The translations under genes were made by a program, and so were the position numbers. The notes under the pieces are model-generated. The model was not told where the DNA came from. It was given only the letters and a program-made list of their open reading frames with translations, and searched no databases. A stretch of DNA of 64,000 nt from Polyangia bacterium (GTDB taxonomy: Bacteria > Myxococcota_A > Polyangia > JAHFDS01 > DATFWX01): contig DATFWX010000218.1 of assembly GCA_035258845.1 (NCBI GenBank), positions 17,354 through 81,353 of the forward strand, given 5' to 3'. This document shows positions 17,315 to 27,554 of this stretch, in pieces (position 1 is the first letter of the stretch; the number at the start of each line of letters is the position of its first letter).

Positions 17315-20300
17315 TCACGCGGGCAATCGCCGCCCTTTCCAGGCCAAGTAAACCGCCGGATACACCATCAGCTCCAGAATGGCCGACGTCACCACGCCGC
17401 CGACCATGGGCGCGGCGATGCGCTTCATGACATCCGCGCCCGTGCCCTGCGACCACAGAACCGGCAGAAGGCCCGCCAGAATGGTCGCGACCGTCATCAT
17501 CTTGGGGCGGATGCGCTTGACGGCACCATGGAAAATCGCTTCCTTGGCCGCCTCGCGCGTCTGCGGCGCCCACTCGCGCCAGGCCAGGTCGAGGTAGAGC
17601 AGCATCACGATCCCGGTCTCGGCATCGAGCCCGGCCAGAGCGATGATGCCGACCCAGACCGCGACCGACAGGTTGTAACCAAGCAGCGACAACAACCAGA
17701 AGGCGCCCACCAGCGAGAAGGGAACCGCGAGCATGACCAGCAGAGCCTCGGTCACGCTGCGCGAGTTGAAGAAGAGCAGAATGAAGATGATCGCGAGCGT
17801 CACCGGGACCACGACCAGGAGGCGCGCTTTCGCTCGTTCCAGGTAGCGGTACTGCCCCGCCCACTCCAAGCGGCAGCCGGCCGGAAGCGTGAGCCGAGCG
17901 ATCGCCTTGCGGGCATCCCCGACGTAGTCCTCGATCGGCCGCGCGGTGTCGGCGAACACGTAGCCATAGAGCTGGCCGCCCTGGTCGCGCAGCATCGACG
18001 GGCCGTCGCGCGACGAAAGGCGGGCGAGCTGACCCAGCGGCACCTGGGCACCGTCCATCGTCGCCACCAGGACGCGCTCGAGATCGGGCACGCTGGCGCG
18101 GAAGTCGCGCGCGTAGCGCACGGTGACCGGGTAGCGCTCGCGCCCCTCGATGGTCGTGGTCAGGGTCTTGCCGCCGATTGCGCTCTCGATGGCATCCTCG
18201 ACGTCCTCGACATTGAGGCCATAGCGCGCAGCCGCGTCGCGGTCGATGTCGAAGTCCAGGTAGTGCCCCCCACCGAAGCGCTCGGCGAACGCGCTGCGCG
18301 TGCCCGGCACCGTGCGCAGCGCGGCCTCGACCTTGCGCGCGACCTCGTCGATCACGTCGAGGTTGGGGCCCAGGACCTGGATGCCGAGCGGGCTGCGCAC
18401 GCCGGTCGCCAGCATCTCGGTGCGGGTCTGAATCGGCATCCACCAGACATTCGGCATTCCCGGAAATTGCATCGCGTCGTCGAGCTTCTTGAGCAGCGCG
18501 TCCCAGTCCTCGCCCGGGGGCCACTTCTCGCGCGGCTGGAGCTCGACCACGGTCTCGAACATCTCGAGCGGCGCCGGGTCGGTCGCGGTCGAGAAACGGC
18601 CGGCCTTGCCGAACACGCGCCGGACCTCGGGGAACTGGGCCAGCACCCGGTCCATCCGCTGCAAGGTATCGCGCGCGGTCTCGCCGCTCATGCCGGGGAC
18701 CGAGCTCGGCATGTAGAGCAGCGTGCCCTCGTTGAGCGGCGGCATGAACTCGCTGCCCAGGCTCCTCACGATCGGCACCGTCGCCGCCACCAGCAGCGCG
18801 GCCGCGCCGATGACGAGGTACCGCCTGCGCAAGGCAAAGCGGCACACGGGCCCGTACAGGGCCGCCAGCGCGCGCGTGATCGGATTTTGGTCCTCGCTGC
18901 GAATGCGGCCCCGAATGAACAGCGCAGCAATCGCCGGCACCAGCGTGACCGACAAGATGGCGGCGAAGCCCATCGAGAAGGTCTTCGTAAAAGCCAGCGG
19001 CTTGAACAGGCGTCCCTCGGTGCCCTCGAGCGTGAACACCGGCAAGAAGCCGACGGTGATGACCAGAAGCGAGAAGAAGATGGGCCGACCAACTTCGGTC
19101 AGCGCCGACGTCACGACCTCGTGGCGCGGCTGCGGCCGGCCCGCCTGCTCCCAGCGTTCCAACCGCTTGTGGACGTTTTCGACCACGATGATGGCGGCGT
19201 CCACCATCGCGCCGATCGCGATCGCAATTCCGCCCAGGCTCATGATGTTTGCGGTCAGCCCCATGCGCGCCATCGGGATGAACGCCAGCAAGACCGCAAT
19301 CGGCAGCATGGCGACCGGCACCAGCGTCGAGCGCACATGCAGGAGGAAGACCAGGATGACCAGGCTGACCACGATCATCTCTTCGAATAGAGTGAGCCGC
19401 AGCGTGTGGATGCTGGCGCGGATCAGCTCCGAGCGATCGTAGGTCGGGACGACCTGGACGCCCGCCGGCAGAGTGGCTCTGAGCTCGTCGAGCCGGGCCG
19501 TGACCGCGCCGATGACGGCGAGCGCGTTCTCGCCCTGGCGCATGATGACCACCGCGCCCACGACCTCGCCCCTGCCGTCGAGCTCGGCCAGCCCGCGCCG
19601 CTGGGCCGGCCCGATGCGCACCCGTGCCAGGTCGCGCAGCATGATCGGCGTGCCCTTCTCGCTGCCCAGCACGACTTTCTCCAGATCGGCGGGCTGCTTC
19701 ACGTATCCGCGACCCCGGATGAAATGCTCGGTGCCCGAGATCTCCAAGACCCGCCCTCCCACGTCATTGTTGGATTTGCGCACCGCGTTCATGACCTGCA
19801 TCAGCGAGACGCCGAACTGCTGCAGGCGATTGGGATCGAGATCGATCTGGTACTCCTTGCCAAAGCTGCCCACGCTGGCGACCTCGGCCACGCCGGGCAC
19901 CGATTGCAGCGCGTAGCGCAGCGTCCAGTCCTGGAGCGACTGCAACTGCTCGAGCGTGTGCTGGCCGCTGCTGTCGGTCAGCGCGTACTCGAATACCCAG
20001 CCCACGCCGGTCGCGTCCGGGCCCAGAGTCGGCGTCACGCCGGCGGGCAGCTTGGCTCCGATCGCCGACAGGTACTCGAGCACGCGGCTGCGCGCCCAGT
20101 ACAGGTCCGCGCCCTCCTCGAAGATGACGTGGACGAACGACATGCCAAACATCGACTGGCCGCGCACCGCGGTCACGTGCGGGGCGCCGACCAGCGTGGT
20201 CACGATGGGATACGTGACCTGGTCTTCCACGAGGTCGGGCGAACGGCCCATCCACTCGCTGAAAATCGTGACCTGGACATCCGACAGGTCGGGCAGCGCG

Positions 20301-20410
20301 TCGAGCGGCGTCGCGCCCAGCGACTGCACGCCGTAGGCGCCGCCCAGCACGACCAGCGCGACCGTCAAGATGCGATGGCGCGCACAGAGCGCAATCAGGC
20401 GCGCGATCAT
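17315..20410 (-). CDS. czcA: heavy-metal RND efflux pump, CzcA/CusA family (HME-RND)
   Basis: 1031 aa, 12-TM RND architecture. Conserved stretches such as GAVVIMRQGENAL and AIGAMVDAAIIVVEN. Last gene of a three-gene operon whose coding regions overlap. Confidence 0.9.
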   Translation of the reverse strand: MIARLIALCARHRILTVALVVLGGAYGVQSLGATPLDALPDLSDVQVTIFSEWMGRSPDLVEDQVTYPIVTTLVGAPHVTAVRGQSMFGMSFVHVIFEEGADLYWARSRVLEYLSAIGAKLPAGVTPTLGPDATGVGWVFEYALTDSSGQHTLEQLQSLQDWTLRYALQSVPGVAEVASVGSFGKEYQIDLDPNRLQQFGVSLMQVMNAVRKSNNDVGGRVLEISGTEHFIRGRGYVKQPADLEKVVLGSEKGTPIMLRDLARVRIGPAQRRGLAELDGRGEVVGAVVIMRQGENALAVIGAVTARLDELRATLPAGVQVVPTYDRSELIRASIHTLRLTLFEEMIVVSLVILVFLLHVRSTLVPVAMLPIAVLLAFIPMARMGLTANIMSLGGIAIAIGAMVDAAIIVVENVHKRLERWEQAGRPQPRHEVVTSALTEVGRPIFFSLLVITVGFLPVFTLEGTEGRLFKPLAFTKTFSMGFAAILSVTLVPAIAALFIRGRIRSEDQNPITRALAALYGPVCRFALRRRYLVIGAAALLVAATVPIVRSLGSEFMPPLNEGTLLYMPSSVPGMSGETARDTLQRMDRVLAQFPEVRRVFGKAGRFSTATDPAPLEMFETVVELQPREKWPPGEDWDALLKKLDDAMQFPGMPNVWWMPIQTRTEMLATGVRSPLGIQVLGPNLDVIDEVARKVEAALRTVPGTRSAFAERFGGGHYLDFDIDRDAAARYGLNVEDVEDAIESAIGGKTLTTTIEGRERYPVTVRYARDFRASVPDLERVLVATMDGAQVPLGQLARLSSRDGPSMLRDQGGQLYGYVFADTARPIEDYVGDARKAIARLTLPAGCRLEWAGQYRYLERAKARLLVVVPVTLAIIFILLFFNSRSVTEALLVMLAVPFSLVGAFWLLSLLGYNLSVAVWVGIIALAGLDAETGIVMLLYLDLAWREWAPQTREAAKEAIFHGAVKRIRPKMMTVATILAGLLPVLWSQGTGADVMKRIAAPMVGGVVTSAILELMVYPAVYLAWKGRRLPA

Positions 20411-21849
20411 GGCGCAGCTCGCCAGCGCGGAAGCGCATCCCGGAGCTTGGCCTCGCTCGAGAGCAGAAAGGTGGCCGACAGCGCGACCCGGTCTCCGGCT
20501 GCAAGCCCCGCTTTCACCTCGTGGTACTCGCCGGCCTGCACGCCCACCTGCACCTCCACCGGCTGCAGCCGACCCTGGCCCCGATCCACGAACGCGTAGC
20601 GGTGCTCTCCCGACAAGAGCAGCGCGCTGTCGGGCACCGCGAGCGCGACGCCCAGCGGCACTTCGATGACGACATCGGCAAACATGCCCGGGCGCAGGGT
20701 CAGGCGCGGATTGATGAGCTCCAGGCGCGCCTCCAGCGTGCGCGTCTTCTGGTCGACGGTCGGCGCCACGAACGTCACCCGCGCCTCCAGAGCGCTGTCG
20801 GGCTGCGACGGCAGCGTGATGGTGGCGGGCTGGCCGACCGCGACCCGCGCGGCGTCACGTTCGTAGATGGCCGCCTGCACCCACACCCGTCCCAGATTGC
20901 CGATCCGGTACAGCATGGTGCCCGGCATCACGTGGGCGCCCTCGACCACGTTCTTCTCCAGGACCACGCCGCTGGCCGGCGAATAGATGGTGGCCCGGCC
21001 GTCGGCCTTGTCACGCCGTTCAAGGGCCGCGATCTGGTCCTTGGTGATGTCCCAGTGGGTGAGGCGCTGGGTGATTGCGCCCACGATCTCGGGCGCGCCG
21101 CCGGTGCGTCGCGCAGCCAGAAGCTCCTGCTCGGCCGCCAACAGGTCGGGGCTGTAGAGCGTTGCCAGCGCCTGCCCCGTTCGCACCGCCTTGCCGGTCT
21201 CGCCGACCAGGAGCTTCTCGACGAAGGCCTCGTACTTGAGCGTGACCTCGCCCACTTTGCGCTCGTCCACCTCGACCAGGCCGGCGGCGCGCAGGGTCAC
21301 CGCGAGTGGTCGCTGCTCGACGGTCGCGAAGGTGACGCCGATGAGCTGCTGGCGCTCGGGTGAGACTTCGATGACCGCGCCCGTGCCGGTGCCCGTGCCC
21401 GCACCCGCGCCCGCGCCCGCGCCCGCTACGCTGCCGCGGCCGCTCTGCACCCGGAACCCTTTGTGCGGGGGCGATACTTTGAGCCCGACCTCCTGGTGCG
21501 GATGGCCTTGCGCATCGATGCCAAGCGTGAGCGACCAGTCGCCAGCCATGGGCAGCCGGTACGTGATCTGGTAGCGCCCGCGGTCTTGCGGCTTGACCTC
21601 GCCGCCGCCCTTCATTTCGGGCATCGCGCCCATCGCAGGCATGCCATAAACGAACGCGATGTGGGCACCGTCGACCGGGTTGCCGCTCGCGTCCTTGATC
21701 GTGACCAGAAGCCGGTTGTCGCCGCTGGTCGGCGGATCGGGATCGATCGCGAGCGCGAGCTCGAGATCGCCGACGGCGGCCGTCTGCGGCGCGCCTTTGG
21801 CGCAGCTCAAAACCGCAAGCGCGGCCCAAAGGAGGGTTCTTGTCTTCAT
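20407..21849 (-). CDS. czcB: RND membrane-fusion protein (CzcB/CusB-like) with N-terminal FixH/YtkA-like Met-rich domain
   Basis: Signal peptide. N-terminal Ig-like domain with MPAMGAMPEM. (GA)n(GT)n linker. Then MFP lipoyl/beta-barrel regions. Overlaps czcA and czcC. Confidence 0.85.
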   Translation of the reverse strand: MKTRTLLWAALAVLSCAKGAPQTAAVGDLELALAIDPDPPTSGDNRLLVTIKDASGNPVDGAHIAFVYGMPAMGAMPEMKGGGEVKPQDRGRYQITYRLPMAGDWSLTLGIDAQGHPHQEVGLKVSPPHKGFRVQSGRGSVAGAGAGAGAGTGTGTGAVIEVSPERQQLIGVTFATVEQRPLAVTLRAAGLVEVDERKVGEVTLKYEAFVEKLLVGETGKAVRTGQALATLYSPDLLAAEQELLAARRTGGAPEIVGAITQRLTHWDITKDQIAALERRDKADGRATIYSPASGVVLEKNVVEGAHVMPGTMLYRIGNLGRVWVQAAIYERDAARVAVGQPATITLPSQPDSALEARVTFVAPTVDQKTRTLEARLELINPRLTLRPGMFADVVIEVPLGVALAVPDSALLLSGEHRYAFVDRGQGRLQPVEVQVGVQAGEYHEVKAGLAAGDRVALSATFLLSSEAKLRDALPRWRAAP

Positions 21850-23156
21850 GGCTCATGCTCCTCTCGGGTTCCAGATTGGGCAGCCTGGGCCAGGCCCAGA
21901 TCGGCCGCGACGGCCCGCTCCAGCTCGGCCAGGCGCTGCTCGTACATCGCCATGTGCGTCGCGAGATCGAGCTCGTGCATCTGGAGATCGCGGTCGGCAT
22001 CGAGCACCATCAGGAAGCTGCCCCGACCAGCCACGTAGGCGGCGGTTGCGCTGTGCAAGGCCTGCCGCGCCACCGGAATCAGTTGATGGTGCAGCTCGAC
22101 CTGCCGCTTTTCGGCTGCCACTTCGGCCGCGGCATCCGCGACCTCGGCCAGCACCTTGTTCTCGAGCGCCTTAAGGTCGGCGCGCGCGGCCTCGAGCTGC
22201 GCCGACGCGGCGGCTTGCTGGGGCTGATTCTTGCTGGCGCCGAAGATGGGCAGGTTGCCCTGGAGACCGACGAACAGGAAATCCGAGACGCCCGGCCCCG
22301 ACATTCCGAAGGTGTGCATCTCACCCGCGATCAGCCCCAGGTCGGGCACACGCTGCGCCTCGGCGAGAGTGATGTGCGCCTGCGCCTGCGCGATGGCGGC
22401 GCGCGCGGCCCAAAGCTCGGGGCGCCCGGAGAGCGCGCGATCGCGTAGCTCCGCGAAAGCCGGCAACGCGGGCACCAGGCTGGGCTCGGCGGTCGTCCCC
22501 ATCTCCGATCCGGGCGGACGGTCGAGCAGCGCCACCAGCTTGGCGTTGGCCGCCACCCGGCGCGCCTGCGCCGCTTCGCGATCCGACTCGACCTTGAGCA
22601 GCTCGGCCTGCGCACGCAACGCCTCCGACTGCTCGCCGCGCCCGGCCGCAATGCGCGCGGAGGCCGCGCCCAGCAGCGAGCGCAGCGTGCGCTCGATTTC
22701 GCGATCGACCTCGATCGTGCGCTCGGCCAGAAACAGATCGAAATAGGCCTTGGCCAGCCCGGCTTCGACGTCGCGCAGCCTGGCCTCGGCCTGGGCCCGC
22801 GCCATCGCCTCGGCGCCCCGCGCCAGGTCACGCCGGGCCGCGCGCTTGCCGCCCAGCGGAACCGTCTGGGTGAGCTGGAACATCACCGGCACGGTCGAGA
22901 AATCGACCGGCGCGTTCCACAGCTCCACCATCAGCATCGGGTCGTCGAGGGCGCCCGCGGGTGCGACCGAGGACGTGGCGGCGCGCGCTTGCGCCCGCGC
23001 GGCCCGCACCTCGGGATTCTTTTGACGGGCTTCGGCGATGAGCGCGGCCAGCCGGATCACGGGGGGCCGCTCCTGCGCGCGGGCGGGCCCGGCCAGCCCG
23101 ACCACGGCAAGACACAACGCGAGCTTTCTCATCTGACACCTCACGGACAGATCCAT
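21846..23156 (-). CDS. czcC: outer-membrane efflux protein (TolC/CzcC family)
   Basis: Signal peptide followed by two coiled-coil/beta-barrel repeats typical of OEP family proteins. First gene of the czc operon. Confidence 0.8.
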   Translation of the reverse strand: MDLSVRCQMRKLALCLAVVGLAGPARAQERPPVIRLAALIAEARQKNPEVRAARAQARAATSSVAPAGALDDPMLMVELWNAPVDFSTVPVMFQLTQTVPLGGKRAARRDLARGAEAMARAQAEARLRDVEAGLAKAYFDLFLAERTIEVDREIERTLRSLLGAASARIAAGRGEQSEALRAQAELLKVESDREAAQARRVAANAKLVALLDRPPGSEMGTTAEPSLVPALPAFAELRDRALSGRPELWAARAAIAQAQAHITLAEAQRVPDLGLIAGEMHTFGMSGPGVSDFLFVGLQGNLPIFGASKNQPQQAAASAQLEAARADLKALENKVLAEVADAAAEVAAEKRQVELHHQLIPVARQALHSATAAYVAGRGSFLMVLDADRDLQMHELDLATHMAMYEQRLAELERAVAADLGLAQAAQSGTREEHEP

Positions 23157-23207
23157 GCTCAGCGGACCGGCCGAAACCGGCCCGCGCCCAAGATCCGTGC
23201 GCGCGAA

Positions 23208-23630
23208 TCAGATCAGAAGGGCGTGCTTGAGGAGCACGAGCGGGGGCCCGTGCGTACGCCCGAGGTCGAGCTCGCCCGCGGGGCGGGCGGGCCTGGCAAT
23301 GGCCACCGCCAGCGCGGTGACGGCGTCGGAAATCGGGGGCGGCGCGAACGAGGGATTCGCGGTGCCCGACGGTTCGAGCGCGGCGTGAACGGTTTCGACG
23401 TCGCAGCAGCTGCGCGGCCGTACGGTGGCCAGGTCGGTCGCCTCGGACTCGGCCGGGCAGCAACAGGCGCGACGCGCCACGCCATCGGAGCGGCAGCGGA
23501 AAAGCTGTGCGCTCGCGCCCAGGCTCGCCCACCCCACCACGGGTACGAGCACGCCTGCCCAGAGCCGTCGCGCAAGAGCCTGGCGCCGCATATCCTCCAT
23601 CAACGTAAGCTCCCGATCCGACTCTGTCAA
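23208..23630 (-). CDS. small Cys-rich periplasmic protein upstream of czcCBA (hypothetical)
   Basis: TM/signal segment (LWAGVLVPVVGWASLGASA) followed by CRSDGVARRACCCPAESEATD...SCCDVETVH, i.e. CCC and CC clusters. Position suggests a role in metal sensing or binding. Frame choice versus 23213..23575 is uncertain. Confidence 0.3.
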   Translation of the reverse strand: MTESDRELTLMEDMRRQALARRLWAGVLVPVVGWASLGASAQLFRCRSDGVARRACCCPAESEATDLATVRPRSCCDVETVHAALEPSGTANPSFAPPPISDAVTALAVAIARPARPAGELDLGRTHGPPLVLLKHALLI

Positions 23631-23637
23631 ACCCGGG

Positions 23638-25611
23638 TCAGGGCCGAAAGCCCACGCTTTGCCACAGCGGTGCCGGATCGAACATGCGGCCGCGGGCGAT
23701 CACCCGCCGGAGGCGGCGCGTGTCGGCGATGTTCTCGAGCGGGTTCCCGTCGACCACGATGAGATCGGCGCGCTTGCCTGGCTCCACCGTGCCCAGCTCG
23801 CGCTCGCGCTTCATCACGCGCGCCGGGACCAGCGTCGCCGCCTGAATGGCCTCCATCGGCGTGAAGCCGGCCTGCACGTACAGCTCCAGCTCGCGATGCA
23901 GGCTGTGGCCGGGCACGGCCTGGTCGGTGCCGGCCACGATGCGGACGCCCGCGCGGTGGAGCGCGCGCAGAATCGCGAGGTGCTGGTCCCAGGACTTGCG
24001 CCGCTCGGCGGCGGCTGCGGGTGGGAAGGGCGCATCGGCAAAAACGGCCGCCAGCGCGGGCGGCAGCTTGCCCAGGCCGGGCTCTCGCGCAGCGGCCGGC
24101 CCGAGCGTGCCGATCTCGTAGAGCGCCATGGTCGGATCCACGACGGTCCCCCGTTGGGCCAGCACCGCCAGTTTCTGGCGCGCATCGGTCGACTCCGGGT
24201 CGACCCGTGCCACCGCTTGGGCACGCGCCGACCCGCGCAGCCCGCGCGCCTGGGGCGGCAGGAGGAGGCTTACGATGAAGCTGATGTGGTTGATCTGATC
24301 CATGCCGGCCGCCACCGCCTGCAAGGCGTCCATACCGCGCGGCACGTGCCCGGTCACGCTCAGGCCGCGCGCATGCGCCTCCGCCGCAATCACCGGCACC
24401 AGCGCCGGATCGAGCGACTCGTAGATCTTGATTTGTGCGAAACCGGCGGCGGCATAGCGCGCGACCAGCGCGCGCGCCTCGGTCGGGCTTTGGGCTCGAT
24501 CGACGCCGATCGCCATCGGGCCCTTGCCATCGACGATTCCGGCCAGCACGAGGCGCGGGCCCAGGCCGCGCCCGGCCTCGACGGCATCGCGCACGGCCGT
24601 GATGAACTCGAGCTCGTTGCCGCAGTCGCGCGCGCTGGTGACGCCCGCCGCCAGGTAGATGGGGCCCCACTCGACCTGCTCGAAGTGGGCGTGCATGTCC
24701 CAGAGCCCCGGCAGAATGGTCTGTCCATGCGCGTCGACGACCGTGGCACCGGCCGGTATCGTCACGCCGGCGCGCGGACCCGCCGCCACGATGCGGTCGC
24801 CCTCGACCACCACGGCTGCATCTGGGACCGGCGGCCGGCCGGTGCCGTCGACCAGCCGCCCGCCCACGATCGCGAGCCGGCCGCAGTCGGGCGGCGCCAG
24901 GCGGGCCCCGAGCCCGGCCAGAACCGCCATCCCGTCCTCGGCTGCGCGCGCCACGAAGCTGCGCAGGCTGGTCTCGAAGCCCTCGCGCACCGCTTCGAAA
25001 TGATCGAATTCGGCGTCGGTCGTGATCGCCGCCACCAGCGCGCCCGCATCGTCGAGCCACAGCCACTCGCGACCCCAGATCAGGCCGTCGATCGCAAAGC
25101 GGGTCAGGGTCACCTGGCGGCCTGCCGACTCGATCTGGTCGTGGCCGCGCCGCTCGATGGTGACCAGGCCGCGCGGGAACGTCTGCAGCCGCGCCGGCTC
25201 GCCGTGCTGCTGCCAGTAGCGCACGAGCAGCATCTGGACCGCGATGGGCGCATAGCCGTCGATGGTGAACGCAGGCGCGGGCGCGCTGGAGGGGCCCACG
25301 ATTTCGTTGATCGCGGATGAGCGCGACGTGCGGCCGCGGATCTCGAGCGCGATCGGCGTCAGGTCGGATCGCGCGCGCAGCGTGGCCGACAGCGGCACGC
25401 GGGTTCCCCGATCCGAGAACTCGAATTGCGTGCGCAGCGTGAGCGTGTCGCCGGCGCTCGTGATCTCGTAACGCTCCTCGCCGATGGGCTGCAGAAACTT
25501 GTGCAGGATGAAGCGGCCGGCCTCGATGCGCCGGGGCGGCGCCGCCGCGTGCGCGCACGCGACGGCAAGAGCGGCCACGAGCCAGGTCAGCTCCCTGCGA
25601 AAAGCCCGCAT
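23638..25611 (-). CDS. secreted amidohydrolase-family metallohydrolase
   Basis: Signal peptide. Metal-binding HxH (LWDMHAHF), conserved Lys/His (ITGHVP) and Asp (AGTDQ) positions of the amidohydrolase TIM barrel, preceded by an N-terminal beta-sandwich domain. Confidence 0.8.
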   Translation of the reverse strand: MRAFRRELTWLVAALAVACAHAAAPPRRIEAGRFILHKFLQPIGEERYEITSAGDTLTLRTQFEFSDRGTRVPLSATLRARSDLTPIALEIRGRTSRSSAINEIVGPSSAPAPAFTIDGYAPIAVQMLLVRYWQQHGEPARLQTFPRGLVTIERRGHDQIESAGRQVTLTRFAIDGLIWGREWLWLDDAGALVAAITTDAEFDHFEAVREGFETSLRSFVARAAEDGMAVLAGLGARLAPPDCGRLAIVGGRLVDGTGRPPVPDAAVVVEGDRIVAAGPRAGVTIPAGATVVDAHGQTILPGLWDMHAHFEQVEWGPIYLAAGVTSARDCGNELEFITAVRDAVEAGRGLGPRLVLAGIVDGKGPMAIGVDRAQSPTEARALVARYAAAGFAQIKIYESLDPALVPVIAAEAHARGLSVTGHVPRGMDALQAVAAGMDQINHISFIVSLLLPPQARGLRGSARAQAVARVDPESTDARQKLAVLAQRGTVVDPTMALYEIGTLGPAAAREPGLGKLPPALAAVFADAPFPPAAAAERRKSWDQHLAILRALHRAGVRIVAGTDQAVPGHSLHRELELYVQAGFTPMEAIQAATLVPARVMKRERELGTVEPGKRADLIVVDGNPLENIADTRRLRRVIARGRMFDPAPLWQSVGFRP

Positions 25612-25639
25612 GGTTGCCCGAGCCTACACCGAAGCCCGG

Positions 25640-25840
25640 TCAGCGGGTCGCGCTGAAGAACTGGCCCTGTCCGGCGCCGTCGGGAAAGCTGCACCACCCG
25701 TTGCTTTCACAAAAACCGGCGGTGCTATGAAACAGGCAGCTCGCCGACTGCGTGCAGCCATAGCTGCCCAGGTGGGTGCAGCCTCCCGGCGCCAGGACGG
25801 CAACCAGCGCAGCCAGCGGCGACGCGCGCACCCGCGACAT
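25640..25840 (-). CDS. small secreted Cys-rich peptide (hypothetical)
   Basis: MSRVRASPLAALVAVLAPGG signal-like N-terminus, then a 45-aa mature part with 6 Cys (CTHLGSYGCTQSASCLFHSTAGFCESNGWCSF). Lies 29 bp upstream of the amidohydrolase on the same strand. Confidence 0.3.
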   Translation of the reverse strand: MSRVRASPLAALVAVLAPGGCTHLGSYGCTQSASCLFHSTAGFCESNGWCSFPDGAGQGQFFSATR

Positions 25841-26129
25841 CGTACCACTCGTCACTACTGGCCGTTTGAATCCGTGATCAGGCGCGCTTCTCGCGCCCGC
25901 GCGCCGGCTGGCGCAGCTTGCGCCCCCGATTGCGCTCCAAGCGCCAGGATGGCACCTCGTGCGCCACCTGATCGTTTGTTGAATTCTTGATCAGGGCGCA
26001 TAGTTCAGGGTTCGGGCTGACGATTCGTCAAGGGGCTCGAGTTGGCGCGCTTCCTGCCCTCCATATACCTGGCAGGTTGGCGTCCATGGGGGAGGCTCAT
26101 CCGCCACCTACATCAGGAGGGAGCAGAAC

Positions 26130-27554
26130 ATGAAGAGAATGGCTCGGTGGGTCGGTGTTTTGTTACCGGGAGCGCTGCTGGTAGGGTGCAATACCGCACC
26201 CGACCCGAGCACCTCGCAAACCTCGCAAGCTGTCGACGACTGCGACACGGGGACTATGTTCTCCGACAGTGACTTCGCGCTGCTGCATACGCTCTCCCCG
26301 CTACCGGATCTCCCGGTCGACACCACGAACAAGTACATCGACTCGGCGGCGGCAGCGACTCTAGGCCAGAAGCTGTTCTTCGAGCCGCGGCTGTCGGGTC
26401 CCATCCAGACCGGCACGCCCGCGAACGGCCAGCTGGGCGCGATCGGCGAGAAGTTCAAGATCGCATGCCGCAACTGCCACATGCCGGAGTCGCGCTGGAT
26501 GTACGACATCCGCTCCAACAACCTCGGACCGATTCCGAATGCGACCGCGCTCGGCTCGCTGTGGATGACGCGCAATGTGTCGAGCGTCGTCAACACGGTC
26601 TTCTACACCGCGGGCGGCTTCGGCCGCAGCAACGCGCATTGGCGCGAGAACGACGGCTTCTCGGACTCGGAGTGGTTCGATGCGCAGAGCGAGCCGGAAG
26701 GGCCTCCGGTGCAGAACGGCAGCCGCCTCCAGCTCGCGCACGTGATCTTCGACCACTACCACAGCGACTACGAGGCCGCCTTCCCGGAGTGGCCACTGAA
26801 CCCCGCTCTGGGCAACCTGCAGCGCTTTCCGGCGACCGGCTCGCCCTACACCGACACCGCGAACTGGAACAGCCTGAGCCCGAGCGACAAAGAGACCGTG
26901 AACCGGATCCTGGTCAACTATGGCAAGGCGATCGAGGCTTATCTGCGCAAGCTGATCAGCCGCAACGCGCCCTTCGATCGTTTCGTGGCCGGTGATCGCA
27001 ACGCCATCAGCTGCGACGCCAAGCGGGGCCTGCAGCTGTTCATCGGCAAGGCGCACTGCGTGCAGTGCCACAATCAACCGCTGCTGTCCGACGACCTGTT
27101 CCACGTCATCGGCCTGCGCATCGATACCACCCTGTCGCCGCACGCCGATCCCACTGAAATCGGCCGCGCCTTCAATCAGGCTCTGATCTGCGATCCCACG
27201 GTCGCGGACGGCGACTTCAACGTCAACGGCCACTTCAGCGACGATCGAAACACGGGCCGCGACGGCAATTTCTGCAGCCAGACCATACCAATCGGGATGT
27301 GGCGCACCAAGGGGCTGCGGCAGGTTGCCGAGACGGAACCGTATTTCCGGGATGGCCAGGCGGCGACGCTCGCCGACGTGATCGAGTTCTACGACCGCGG
27401 CGGCGATCCCGAGGGCACGTTCCTGGGTGGACCGAAGGAGATCGTTCCGCTGCACCTGGGCAGGGGGGAGCACCGCCAGCTCATCGAGTTCCTGAAGACC
27501 CTGACCGGCGACCCGGTGCCCGCCCAGTTCATGGTCGACATGCACAATCCATAA
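26130..27554 (+). CDS. di-heme cytochrome c peroxidase (CCP/MauG family)
   Basis: Lipoprotein signal (LLVGC). Two CxxCH heme c motifs (CRNCHM, CVQCHN) in CCP-like spacing. C-terminal conserved Met/Trp region. Confidence 0.85.
   Translation: MKRMARWVGVLLPGALLVGCNTAPDPSTSQTSQAVDDCDTGTMFSDSDFALLHTLSPLPDLPVDTTNKYIDSAAAATLGQKLFFEPRLSGPIQTGTPANGQLGAIGEKFKIACRNCHMPESRWMYDIRSNNLGPIPNATALGSLWMTRNVSSVVNTVFYTAGGFGRSNAHWRENDGFSDSEWFDAQSEPEGPPVQNGSRLQLAHVIFDHYHSDYEAAFPEWPLNPALGNLQRFPATGSPYTDTANWNSLSPSDKETVNRILVNYGKAIEAYLRKLISRNAPFDRFVAGDRNAISCDAKRGLQLFIGKAHCVQCHNQPLLSDDLFHVIGLRIDTTLSPHADPTEIGRAFNQALICDPTVADGDFNVNGHFSDDRNTGRDGNFCSQTIPIGMWRTKGLRQVAETEPYFRDGQAATLADVIEFYDRGGDPEGTFLGGPKEIVPLHLGRGEHRQLIEFLKTLTGDPVPAQFMVDMHNP

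Noticed and set aside
17528-19390. 620-aa + strand ORF and other + strand ORFs over the czcA region
   Set aside because: Antisense to czcA, whose 12-TM RND signature is unambiguous. Artefact of GC-rich sequence lacking stop codons.
23425-25558. 631-aa (+) and 643-aa (-) alternative ORFs across the amidohydrolase gene
   Set aside because: Only the 23638..25611 minus-strand frame yields signal peptide plus amidohydrolase metal-binding motifs. The others are Arg/Ala/Gly-rich with no domains.
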